A DNA stretch of 64,000 bases, from positions 2,432,001 to 2,496,000 of the forward strand of contig OY968762.1 in the NCBI GenBank assembly GCA_963695225.1, in the 5' to 3' direction. This DNA is from Vulcanimicrobiota bacterium. GTDB taxonomy: Bacteria > Vulcanimicrobiota > Vulcanimicrobiia > Vulcanimicrobiales > Vulcanimicrobiaceae. Of this stretch, positions 30,660 to 39,473 are shown piece after piece (the first letter of the stretch is position 1; every line of letters starts with the position of its first letter). The position numbers and the translations under genes are program-made. The notes below the pieces were generated by a model, which saw only the letters and a list, made by a program, of their open reading frames with translations, did no database searches and was not told the origin of the DNA.

Positions 30660-30869
30660 GTGCGTTACGGATATCAATGCGAGGAATGCGAAGAAGCGGT
30701 TTGGCCCGCGACGACGCACGCCGAACTCCGCTGGCTCAAGGACCGGCGGCACGTCGTCCTCGAGGTTTCGCGGCACGTCACGGCCGGGCTCGATTCTTGG
30801 ATCGTCGAGGGACTCGAATTCCTCGAGCGCCACGCCGGACACAGCGTGATCCTAGCGCAACGTCCATAG
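30660..30869 (+). CDS. Small hypothetical protein, putative Zn-binding (CxxC...HxxH)
   Basis: MRYGYQCEEC...LERHAGH; fills the gap after sucD. Confidence 0.6.
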   Translation: MRYGYQCEECEEAVWPATTHAELRWLKDRRHVVLEVSRHVTAGLDSWIVEGLEFLERHAGHSVILAQRP

Positions 30870-30876
30870 AGGCCGG

Positions 30877-30906
30877 AAAAAAAAGAGGAGCGCATCCGTG
30901 CGCTCC
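30877..30906 (-). terminator. Intrinsic terminator for the LysM gene
   Basis: Minus strand GGAGCGCA-CGGA-TGCGCTCC followed by TC and T8. Confidence 0.8.
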
Positions 30907-30929
30907 CGTCCCGGCGCGGGTTCCGTCGC

Positions 30930-31223
30930 CTACAGCGGAATCCTGAGTCGCTGCCCGGGAACGATCGTTGCCGAGGACAGATGATTCGCCGCCATGATCG
31001 CATCGATCGTGTCTTCGACATTCTGGCCATCGGTGGTGTGCGCGGCGGCGAGGCGCCAGAGGCTGTCGCCCGACCGCACGGAGATCGAAGTGTAATGCGT
31101 CGGCGTCGCGGCGTGGAGGCCGGACGACGAGAGCGTCGGGATCGCCACGAGCGCGCCCAGAGCGGCCAATGCCACGGCCGGCATCAGGGTGAACCGCTTG
31201 CGCTTCAGGGAGATCATCTCCAT
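30930..31223 (-). CDS. TM + LysM protein, YneA-like SOS division inhibitor
   Basis: N-terminal TM; VRSGDSLWRLA...IMAANHL....IVPGQRLRIP; divergent from lexA. Confidence 0.8.
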   Translation of the reverse strand: MEMISLKRKRFTLMPAVALAALGALVAIPTLSSSGLHAATPTHYTSISVRSGDSLWRLAAAHTTDGQNVEDTIDAIMAANHLSSATIVPGQRLRIPL

Positions 31224-31245
31224 GCTCCTTGCCCATATGTTGGGC

Positions 31246-31259
31246 CAAACGCCTGTTCG
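31246..31259. promoter_or_regulatory. LexA (SOS) box 1
   Basis: CAAACGCCTGTTCG = CGAAC-N4-GTTTG on the minus strand. Confidence 0.75.
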
Positions 31260-31305
31260 TCCCCCATATTTTAGCAGGGCATTCTGCCGCGGTCAAGGGC
31301 GTATG

Positions 31306-31319
31306 CGAACGTATGTTTG
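31306..31319. promoter_or_regulatory. LexA (SOS) box 2
   Basis: CGAACGTATGTTTG matches the Gram-positive consensus CGAAC-N4-GTTYG. Confidence 0.8.
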
Positions 31320-31398
31320 CATTTTTGGGCCGGAAATGGTACCGTTGGGAACAATTCGCGGCGCCATTTTGCGCCGCCGTCACGTCAAGGAGGCATCC

Positions 31399-32025
31399 GT
31401 GGCAGACCGTGCCCCGACGGAGCGTCAAGCACGCATTCTCGAGGTCATCCGCACGTTCTCGGAGGAGCGCGGCTACCCGCCCTCCGTCCGCGAGATCGGC
31501 GAACGCGTCGGGCTCTCGTCGCCCTCGACCGTCCAGGCCCACCTCAAGACGCTCGAACGCCGCGGGCTCATCTTTCGCGATCCGACGAAGCCCCGCGCGC
31601 TCGTCTCGACGACCCAGCAAGCGGAGCGCGCTGAGGCGAGGGCCGAGCCCGACTACGGCGTCCTGCCGATCGTCGGCAAGGTCGCAGCCGGCACACCGAT
31701 CACGGCGACGGAGAATCTCGAAGGCGAGTTCATCCTGCCGGCCTCGTTCGCGCGCCGCCCGAACACGTTCATCCTGCGCGTCAAGGGCGACTCGATGATC
31801 GAAGCGGCGATCCTCGACGGCGATTTGATCGTCGTTTCGCCTCAGCCGAGCGCGGAGAACGGCGAGATCGTCGTCGCGATGGTCGACGGTGAAGCGACCG
31901 TGAAGCGCTTCTATCGCGAAGCGGGGCGCATCCGCTTGCAGCCCGCGAACGTCACGATGGACCCGATCTACGCCGCCGACGCGACGATCGTGGGCCGCGT
32001 GGAGGCCGTCATCCGCAAGCTCTAA
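31399..32025 (+). CDS. lexA: SOS repressor LexA
   Basis: SD AAGGAGG; GYPPSVREIG, GKVAAG cleavage site, GDSM, TVKR. Confidence 0.97.
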   Translation: MADRAPTERQARILEVIRTFSEERGYPPSVREIGERVGLSSPSTVQAHLKTLERRGLIFRDPTKPRALVSTTQQAERAEARAEPDYGVLPIVGKVAAGTPITATENLEGEFILPASFARRPNTFILRVKGDSMIEAAILDGDLIVVSPQPSAENGEIVVAMVDGEATVKRFYREAGRIRLQPANVTMDPIYAADATIVGRVEAVIRKL

Positions 32026-32036
32026 AACTGAAAGGC

Positions 32037-33206
32037 GTGCCCGAACACGCGCTCGCCGCCCGGTTGCGCGCCGTTAGCGAAATCCCCGAACTCCTTGCGA
32101 TTCGCGCGGCCCTCCCGTACAGTTTCGCCGGGTTGCTCGTCGCCGTGCTCGCCTTCATGGCGCTCGCGCCTGCGGGCTCGCTCGTCGACCGCTTCCAACA
32201 ATCTTTTCTCGAGGGTTTCGGGCCGATGGCGGCGTTGCTCGTCGTCCTGCTCGCGCGCGAACTCGCGGCCCGGCGCAAGCTCGCGCAGGTCCCGATCGTG
32301 CTTGGATCCGCTATGGCCTTCGCGCTCGTCGTTCCGCACCAGGCACCGTTCGACGTGCGCGCGGTCTCGCGCGCGCTCGGCGGGAGCGGACTCTTTCTCG
32401 CGATGCTGATCGCGCTCGCGGCGGTCGGCCTCGCTCGCGCCGCCCGCGCGCTGACGCGGAACGCGCTCGCCGGCGCTTGGCTTGGAGCCGCGGCGCTCGT
32501 CGGGTGCGCGCTCCTGCTGCTCGCCTGCGGGATCTCGCCGGTCGCGGTCCTCGACCGCGCGCTCGCGCCGCTCGGGACGATGGGGGACAGCCTGACGGCT
32601 CTCCTCGCGATCACGTTCGTCGAAACCCTGTTGTGGACGATCGGCATCCACGGCCCGGCTGCGCTGGCGGCGATCGCCCTCCCCGTCTACCTTTCGCTGC
32701 AGGCGCAGAACACGGAGGCGTTCCGGCACGGCCTTCCGCTGCCGCATATCGTGACGGTCTCGACGTTCTTGTTCGTCTTTCCGGGGGGCGCCGGCGCGAC
32801 GCTTCCGGTTGCCGTGCTGCTGTTGCGCAGCCGCGTCGCTCGCGTGCGCACGGTCGCCCGGACGGCGCTGATCCCGGCGATCTTCAACGCGAACGAGCCG
32901 CTCATGTTCGGGCTGCCGATCGTGCTGAATCCGATCCTGGCGTTGCCGTTCGTCACCGTGCCGCTCGTCCTCGGCTGCGTGACGTATTTCGCGACGGCGG
33001 CGGGGCTCGTCTCCCGCCCCATCAACTACGCCCCCTCCGCCTGGACGTTGCCGTTCGGCGCCTGGTTCGCGACGGGCGATTGGCGCGCGATCGTGCTGTC
33101 GGCCGTCAACGTCGCGATCGCGTTCGCGATGTGGGCGCCGTTCGTCGCGGCATACGACCGCGCCGAGGTGCGCCGCGACGCCGTCGAAGAGAAGAGCGTC
33201 GCATGA
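32037..33206 (+). CDS. PTS EIIC component (cellobiose/lactose family), stand-alone
   Basis: LLWTIGIHG, GGAGATL, PAIFNANEPLMFGLPIVLNP, WTLP, WAPF. Confidence 0.85.
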   Translation: MPEHALAARLRAVSEIPELLAIRAALPYSFAGLLVAVLAFMALAPAGSLVDRFQQSFLEGFGPMAALLVVLLARELAARRKLAQVPIVLGSAMAFALVVPHQAPFDVRAVSRALGGSGLFLAMLIALAAVGLARAARALTRNALAGAWLGAAALVGCALLLLACGISPVAVLDRALAPLGTMGDSLTALLAITFVETLLWTIGIHGPAALAAIALPVYLSLQAQNTEAFRHGLPLPHIVTVSTFLFVFPGGAGATLPVAVLLLRSRVARVRTVARTALIPAIFNANEPLMFGLPIVLNPILALPFVTVPLVLGCVTYFATAAGLVSRPINYAPSAWTLPFGAWFATGDWRAIVLSAVNVAIAFAMWAPFVAAYDRAEVRRDAVEEKSVA

Positions 33207-34459
33207 GAGCGTTTCTGCAGGCGGCGCTCGCGCGTTTCCCGGTCGCTCCTGCCGTCGCGGAGGCGGCGCTGCGCGCGGCGGCGAGATTGGAGGCGTTCGC
33301 GCCTGCGGGAGTTCGCGCGGAGGTCCGTGCGAACGTCGTCGCGGCGTTCCTCGCCGAAGGGATCGCCGAGAGCGATTTCGCGGGGACGCTCGGCTACGGG
33401 TACGACGATGCGGCCCGAGATCGCTACGAGACGTTGCTCGCCCGCGTCTTCGGCGCGGAACGCGTGCTCGCGCGCCTCTCGTTCGTGAGCGGGACGCATG
33501 CGATCGTCGCGGCGCTGGCCGCCTGCGCACCGCCCGGGACGCGCATCGTCAGCGCGACGGGGCGCCCCTACGATACGCTGCGCAACGCGCTCGCCGGCGC
33601 ACCATACGCGCTCGCAGCGCGCGGCGTGCGCTACGACGAGATCCCGTTCGCCGCGGACGGGAGCGTCGATCTGGCGGCGCTCGCCGAGACCTGCCGTAAC
33701 GACCCGCCCGCCGTCGCGTTCGTGCAACGCTCGCGCGGTTACGCTCCGCGCCGCTCGCTCTCCGCACGCGAATGCGGCTCGATCGCCGGCTGCGTGCGCG
33801 AAGCGGCTCCGCGCGCGCTCGTCCTCGTCGACAACTGCTACGGCGAACTCGTCGACTCGTGCGAACCGACGCACCACGGCGCCGATGCGGTCATGGGTTC
33901 GCTGATCAAGAACCTCGGCGGCTCGCTGGCCCCCGCCGGCGGCTACGTCGCCGGACGCGCCGGCGTCGTGGAGCGGATCGCGGCGTTTCACCTCGCCCCC
34001 GGCCTCGGAACGGCCGTCGGTTCGAGCCTCGGGTTCGGGCGAGCGTTCTTCCAAGGCCTCTGGCAAGCCCCGGCCGTCGTCGCAGAAACCTTGGCCGGAC
34101 TCGATTTTGCCGCCGCTCTGTTCGAGGAACTCGGCTACCGGGTCGATCCTCTCCCGGGAGCGGAACGCCACGATATCGTTCAGGCGATCGCGCTCGGGAA
34201 CCGCGAGCGCCTGGTGGCGTTTGCCCGCGGGCTGCAGCGCGCGATGCCGGTCAACGCCCGGTTCGCGCCGGAACCGGGCCCGGTACCCGGGTACCCCGAC
34301 CCCGTCGTCATGTCCGCCGGATCGTTCGTGAACGGGGCGACGATCGAACTCTCGTGCGACGCCCCGCTGCGGCCGCCGTTCGAAGTCTACCTACAAGGTG
34401 GTACGATGCGGGAGCATGGGGTTCTCGGGGCGCTGTTTGCGGCCGACGCGCTCGCATGA
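33203..34459 (+). CDS. PLP-dependent 'aluminium resistance' YnbB-family protein
   Basis: GYGYDD, SGTHA, PYDTL, QRSRGY, DNCYGE, GSLIKNLGG, TIELSCDAP, YLQGG. Confidence 0.9.
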   Translation: MRAFLQAALARFPVAPAVAEAALRAAARLEAFAPAGVRAEVRANVVAAFLAEGIAESDFAGTLGYGYDDAARDRYETLLARVFGAERVLARLSFVSGTHAIVAALAACAPPGTRIVSATGRPYDTLRNALAGAPYALAARGVRYDEIPFAADGSVDLAALAETCRNDPPAVAFVQRSRGYAPRRSLSARECGSIAGCVREAAPRALVLVDNCYGELVDSCEPTHHGADAVMGSLIKNLGGSLAPAGGYVAGRAGVVERIAAFHLAPGLGTAVGSSLGFGRAFFQGLWQAPAVVAETLAGLDFAAALFEELGYRVDPLPGAERHDIVQAIALGNRERLVAFARGLQRAMPVNARFAPEPGPVPGYPDPVVMSAGSFVNGATIELSCDAPLRPPFEVYLQGGTMREHGVLGALFAADALA

Positions 34460-34509
34460 AAGGCGGCCCTCCCCTGCGAATAGGGCTGCCTTGAGGAGAG
34501 TGAGCGGAA

Positions 34510-34896
34510 TTGGGCGACATCGGCAATGGAGTCTCTTCCCAGCGGTCCCACGTGCGGCGCTACCTTCGCGCACCCGTCTCGATGCGCGTCGCGTACACGC
34601 TCGACGGGGAGGCCGTAGCGAACCATTCGCATTCGAGCGACCTCGGCGGCGGCGGCCTGCGCCTCGCCACGCAAGAGGATCTCGCGCTTGGAACCGTTTT
34701 GCTCCTGCGCTTCACGCTGCCCGGCGCGGCGCGCGAAACCGTAGCGCGCGGTCGAATCGTCCTATCGTTCTACAACGCGGATTCGGCGCAATTCCATCAC
34801 GGAATCGCATTCACGCAGATCGACCCGCGCGATCAAGAGACGATCATTCAGTTCGTTGCAGCCGAGATCGATCGCAACGAGGCGAAGCGCTCGTAG
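34510..34896 (+). CDS. PilZ-domain protein
   Basis: RRYLR (RxxxR) and DLGGGG (DxSxxG-like); ends GIAF..I. Confidence 0.8.
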   Translation: MGDIGNGVSSQRSHVRRYLRAPVSMRVAYTLDGEAVANHSHSSDLGGGGLRLATQEDLALGTVLLLRFTLPGAARETVARGRIVLSFYNADSAQFHHGIAFTQIDPRDQETIIQFVAAEIDRNEAKRS

Positions 34897-34914
34897 CCCA
34901 GTTGGGACGCCCCT

Positions 34915-35163
34915 TTAGGGGCGCTCGCGCGTCGACGAACCGCCCATGAAACCGTAGAAGAAGTAACGGTCGCCTTCGGTTGTTTCGACGACGATCCGCG
35001 TGTCTTCCATCGATGCATGCTCGATGGTCTTGCCGACGAGGGTATCGAGGATTGACTGCGCTTGCACGAATTCTGCCTCACGAAGTGCATCGGGGTCGAT
35101 GTCCATGAGGTTGATAAGATCGTCGACCTTATCGTTTCCCAACTGGTCAGCCCCGCTGCTCAC
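34915..35163 (-). CDS. Small acidic hypothetical protein
   Basis: SD AGAGGT before GTG 35163; fills the gap between the PilZ and FHA genes. Confidence 0.6.
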   Translation of the reverse strand: MSSGADQLGNDKVDDLINLMDIDPDALREAEFVQAQSILDTLVGKTIEHASMEDTRIVVETTEGDRYFFYGFMGGSSTRERP

Positions 35164-35270
35164 AATGATCACACCTCTCTACATCGTCCGCGGCCTGCAT
35201 GCTTCTTGAGGTTTTCTTCGTCACACTTGTAGGGGACTTCCGGCGGCGCTTCTGAAAGTTTCGTTCGCCC

Positions 35271-35579
35271 ATGTATATCCTGGAAATCCTCGGTGGACCC
35301 CTCGACGGGAAAACCTGGGAATTCGACGGCGAAATCACGATCGGGCGGGATCACGAGGCGGCCGCCGCCTGCATCACGCTCGATCGTTATATTTCGCGCC
35401 GGCACGCTCAACTCCGTGAGGATGGCGGTCATTTGCTGCTCTGCGACCTTAGTAGCCGCAACGGGACGCGGCTTGGGGGCCGCCGCATCACTGCCGAGCC
35501 CGCCCCGCTCGGACTCGGCGAGCTTTTTGTCGTCGGAAGGACGAATCTCCGCGTGACCCGCCCGCCGGAGGTGGCTTGA
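35271..35579 (+). CDS. Stand-alone FHA-domain protein
   Basis: IGR...ISRRHA...DLSSRNGT...VGRT. Confidence 0.88.
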   Translation: MYILEILGGPLDGKTWEFDGEITIGRDHEAAAACITLDRYISRRHAQLREDGGHLLLCDLSSRNGTRLGGRRITAEPAPLGLGELFVVGRTNLRVTRPPEVA

Positions 35580-35583
35580 CTCC

Positions 35584-36471
35584 ATGCAGATCGTACGCAC
35601 ACCGGATTCGGCCCGCGCGATCGCTCGGACGCTGCAGCGCCCGCTGGGGCTCGTCCCCACGATGGGGGCGCTGCATGCCGGCCACCTAAGCCTCGTCGAA
35701 CGGGCTCGCGACGAGAACGTGGCGGTTGCCGCCTCGATCTTCGTCAATCCGCTCCAGTTCGGGCCGAACGAGGATTACGAACGCTACCCGCGAGCCTTCG
35801 AGGCCGATTGCGCGCAGCTGGCGGCGGCCGGCGTCGATCTCCTGTACGCGCCGAGCGTCGACGTGATGTACCCGAGCGGCTTCACGAGCCGCATCGACGT
35901 CGGGCCGCTGGGCTCGGTCTTCGAAGGGGCCGCGCGCCCGGGACATTTCGCCGGCGTCTGCACGGTCGTGGCGAAGCTGCTCCACGCCCTCGAACCGACG
36001 TCGGCCTACTTCGGCCAGAAGGACGCGCAGCAGACAGCGGTCGTGCGCCGCATGGTCAGGGACCTCGACATTCCGACGCGCGTCGTCGTCTGCCGGACGA
36101 TCCGCGAGCCGGACGGCTTGGCGCTCTCCAGCCGCAACGTCTATCTCTCCCCCGAGGAACGCCGCGCCGCGCCGAGCTTCCAGCGCGCCCTCGAAGCGGT
36201 TTCCCGCGCGATCGTCGCCGGTGAGTCGGATCCGCAGGCCGCGCTTTCGATCGCCCGGGCGATGCTGCGCCCGCCGCTGGAACTGGAGTACCTCGCGGTC
36301 GTCGATCCGGAGACGTTCGAAGCGCAGACGCGCCTGCGCCGCCCCGCGCTCGTCGTGGGGACGGTCCGGGCCGGCGGAACGCGTCTGCTCGACAACCTCA
36401 GCGTCCCGGCGGAAAACGGACGGGATCCGATGATCACGCCGTTCCACCGCTACGTCCGGGCGGTCCCGTGA
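35584..36471 (+). CDS. panC: Pantoate-beta-alanine ligase
   Basis: VPTMGALHAGH, FVNPLQF, RPGHF, FGQKDAQQ, GLALSSRN, RLLDN. Confidence 0.96.
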   Translation: MQIVRTPDSARAIARTLQRPLGLVPTMGALHAGHLSLVERARDENVAVAASIFVNPLQFGPNEDYERYPRAFEADCAQLAAAGVDLLYAPSVDVMYPSGFTSRIDVGPLGSVFEGAARPGHFAGVCTVVAKLLHALEPTSAYFGQKDAQQTAVVRRMVRDLDIPTRVVVCRTIREPDGLALSSRNVYLSPEERRAAPSFQRALEAVSRAIVAGESDPQAALSIARAMLRPPLELEYLAVVDPETFEAQTRLRRPALVVGTVRAGGTRLLDNLSVPAENGRDPMITPFHRYVRAVP

Positions 36472-37652
36472 AGGTTCTGCTCGGCGTTTGCGGCGGGATC
36501 GCCGCGTATAAGGCGGCGGCGCTCGCGAGCGCGCTCGTTCAGCGCGGCGATTCCGTGCGCGTCGTGATGACGGCCGAGGCGAGCGAATTCGTCGGCCCTC
36601 TCACGTTCGCGGCGCTCACCGGGGAGGCGGTACACTCTTCGCTCTGGGATGCGCCGGAAACGATCCCGCACATCCGCCTCGTCCGGGAGGCCGACGTTCT
36701 CGCGATCGTCCCGGCAACGGCGAACGTGCTAGCGAAGCTCGCTCACGGCATCGCCGACGATCTGCTCACGAACGCGGCCCTCGCGGCCCGGATTCCGATC
36801 GTCGTCGCGCCGGCGATGAACGCCGCGATGTACGAGCATCCGGCCACGCGCGCGAACCTCGCGGCGCTCCGCGCCTTCGGCTACGGCATCGTCGAACCGG
36901 GGAGCGGTTACCTTGCCGAAGGCGAGATCGGCCCCGGCCGGCTCGCGGAGCAAGATTCGATCCTCGCCGCGATCGACGGTGCGAGCGCGCGCTCCCGCGA
37001 ACTGGACGGCGAGTGCGTCCTGATCACGGCCGGCCCGACGCATGAGGCGATCGATCCCGTTCGCTTCCTCTCCAACGCGTCGACGGGGACGATGGGGATC
37101 GAAATCGCGCGCGAGGCGCTCGCGCGGGGCGCCGCCGTGGAACTCGTTCTCGGGCCGACGCTCGTCGATCCGCCGCCGGGCGCGCGCGTCACGCGCGTGA
37201 CGAGCGCGCAGGAGATGGCCGAGGCGGCGCTCGCGCTCGCGCCGGGAGCAACGGTCGCGATCGCGAGCGCCGCCGTCTCGGATTGGCGCCCGGCGCACGC
37301 GTACGCGCAGAAGCTCAAGAAGAGCGACGCGCCGCAGACGCTCGAACTCGAACGGACGCCCGACGTGCTGCGCGAGCTGGGCGCGCGCGAGCACCGTTAC
37401 TTCCTCGTGGGCTTCGCGGCCGAGACGGAACGGCTCGAGGAGCACGCGCGCGATAAACTCGCCGCGAAAGGCCTCGACGCGATCGTCGTCAACGACGTCT
37501 CACGCGCGGGAAGCGGTTTCGGGACCGGGGAGAACGAGGCGACGCTGCTCTGGGGAAACGAGGGCCGCCGTCCGCTCGGGCGCGCCTCCAAGCGGGAGAT
37601 CGCGCGGCGCCTGTGGGATGCGCTGCGCGAGCTGCGCGCGGGGCGGAGCTGA
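36468..37652 (+). CDS. coaBC: Phosphopantothenoylcysteine decarboxylase/ligase
   Basis: GGIAAYK, PATAN, PAMN, ITAGPT.EAIDPVR, AAVSD, VGFAAET. Confidence 0.95.
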   Translation: MKVLLGVCGGIAAYKAAALASALVQRGDSVRVVMTAEASEFVGPLTFAALTGEAVHSSLWDAPETIPHIRLVREADVLAIVPATANVLAKLAHGIADDLLTNAALAARIPIVVAPAMNAAMYEHPATRANLAALRAFGYGIVEPGSGYLAEGEIGPGRLAEQDSILAAIDGASARSRELDGECVLITAGPTHEAIDPVRFLSNASTGTMGIEIAREALARGAAVELVLGPTLVDPPPGARVTRVTSAQEMAEAALALAPGATVAIASAAVSDWRPAHAYAQKLKKSDAPQTLELERTPDVLRELGAREHRYFLVGFAAETERLEEHARDKLAAKGLDAIVVNDVSRAGSGFGTGENEATLLWGNEGRRPLGRASKREIARRLWDALRELRAGRS

Positions 37653-37655
37653 ACC

Positions 37656-38435
37656 GTGCTCCTGACGATCGACGTCGGCAACACCGATACGAAACTCGGG
37701 TTCTTCGGCCGCAACGGCGGAGACGTGGGGACGCTCCTGCACACGTGGCGCGTGAGCACGTCCCGTTCCCGCTCCTCCGACGAGTACGGCGTCCTGTTCC
37801 GTTCGCTCTTCGACGGCACCGCGCTCGCGCACCAGGAGGTCGAGGCGATCGCGATCTCGTCGGTCGTCCCGCAGATCGATCACGTCCTCGCGGACGCGTG
37901 CCTGCGCTATCTGCGCGTGCAGCCGTTCTTCTTGAGCGCCGCGGCGCAGGAGTTGATCCCGATCCGGACCGATCGCCCGAAGGAGCTCGGCTCCGATCTC
38001 GTCGCCGGTGCGATCGGCGCCGTCGGGGTCTACGGGGCGCCCGCGATCGTGATCGGCTTCGGAACGGCCACGACGTTCGGCGCGATCTCCGCGGAGGGGG
38101 CGTTCCTCGGGGCGGCGATCGCGCCGGGAATCCAGATCTCGATCGACGCGCTCGTCGCGCGGACGGCGAAGCTCCCGCAGGTCGCGCTCCACGCCCCGCC
38201 GGAGGCGGTCGGGCGGGATACGGTCAGCGCGCTCCAATCGGGGATCATCTACGGGTTCGTCGGCCAGACCGAGGGGCTCGTCCGCCGGCTGAAAGCGGAG
38301 GTCGGCGAGCAGGCGCGCGTGATCGCGACCGGGGGGATGGCCGAGGTGATCGCCCGCCACACGCGCGCGATCGACACGGTCGACCCGCACCTGATCCTCG
38401 AAGGGCTGCGCCGCTACTATGAGTCCGTTCGCTGA
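37656..38435 (+). CDS. coaX: Type III pantothenate kinase
   Basis: DVGNT, SSVVP, LGSD, FGTATT, IAPG, ATGG. Confidence 0.93.
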   Translation: MLLTIDVGNTDTKLGFFGRNGGDVGTLLHTWRVSTSRSRSSDEYGVLFRSLFDGTALAHQEVEAIAISSVVPQIDHVLADACLRYLRVQPFFLSAAAQELIPIRTDRPKELGSDLVAGAIGAVGVYGAPAIVIGFGTATTFGAISAEGAFLGAAIAPGIQISIDALVARTAKLPQVALHAPPEAVGRDTVSALQSGIIYGFVGQTEGLVRRLKAEVGEQARVIATGGMAEVIARHTRAIDTVDPHLILEGLRRYYESVR

Positions 38436-38465
38436 TCCGTCGCCGCCGTGCTAGAATAACGAGTC

Positions 38466-39473
38466 ATGCCGCGCGTAGTCCCGGCCCTGCGAATCGGGGC
38501 GATCGAAGTTTGGCCTCCCGTCGTCCTCGCCCCGATGTCCGGCGTCACGAACCGGACGATGCGGGCGCTCTACAAGCCGTTCGGCTTCGGTTTGACGGTG
38601 ACGGAGTTCGTCTCTTCGAACGCGGTCGAGCACGGGAACCTGCGCACCCGGCAGATGATCGACCAGCACGGCGTCGAGCAGCCCGTCGCGACGCAGTTGT
38701 GGGGCAACGATCCCGAGACGATGGCGTACGCGGCGAAGGTCGTGCGCGAATGCGGCGCGGACATCGTCGACATCAACTTCGGCTGCCCGGCGCCGAAGGT
38801 CACGAAGACGGAGGGCGGGAGCGCCTGCCTTCGCGATGTCGACCGCTGCGAGGCGATCGTGCGCGCGGTCGTCGCGTCCGTCGACTGCCCCGTCACGGTG
38901 AAGATGCGCCTCGGCTGGAGCGAGACGACGCACGTCTATCTCGAAGTCGCGCGGCGCGCGCAGGCGGCGGGGGTCTCGGCGGTCACGCTTCACGCGCGGA
39001 CGGCGAAGCAATTCTACAAGGGTGCGGCCGATTGGTCGCACGTCGCGGCGCTCAAGCGGGCCGTCGACATCCCGGTTATCGGCAACGGCGACTTGGGTGA
39101 CGCGCGCGAGGCGCTGCGCAAGATGCGCGAGAGCGGCGCCGACGGCATCATGCTCGGCCGGGCCGTCCTCGGGAATCCGTGGCTCGCCGAACGGGTGCGC
39201 GATCTGATGGAAGGGCGCGAACCGCGCGCCTACCCCGCCGCCGCCGAAAGACTGCGCTACGCGATCCGGCATTACGAGGCGATGGTCGAGGAGTGGGGCG
39301 AAGCGCGGGCGGTCCCGCAGATGCGCAAGCACCTCGGGTATTATCTCAAGGGCTTCGCCGGCGCGAGCGAGTTGCGCGAGCGGGTGATGCGCACGCCGAC
39401 CGCTGCGCTGACGCTTGCAGCCGTCGAGGCCGCGATCGCGCGCCTCGAACTCGAAACCGAGGCGGCGGCGTGA
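38466..39473 (+). CDS. dusB: tRNA-dihydrouridine synthase
   Basis: LAPMSGVT, DINFGCP, TVKMRLG, HART, GNGD, GNPW, MRKH. Confidence 0.93.
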   Translation: MPRVVPALRIGAIEVWPPVVLAPMSGVTNRTMRALYKPFGFGLTVTEFVSSNAVEHGNLRTRQMIDQHGVEQPVATQLWGNDPETMAYAAKVVRECGADIVDINFGCPAPKVTKTEGGSACLRDVDRCEAIVRAVVASVDCPVTVKMRLGWSETTHVYLEVARRAQAAGVSAVTLHARTAKQFYKGAADWSHVAALKRAVDIPVIGNGDLGDAREALRKMRESGADGIMLGRAVLGNPWLAERVRDLMEGREPRAYPAAAERLRYAIRHYEAMVEEWGEARAVPQMRKHLGYYLKGFAGASELRERVMRTPTAALTLAAVEAAIARLELETEAAA

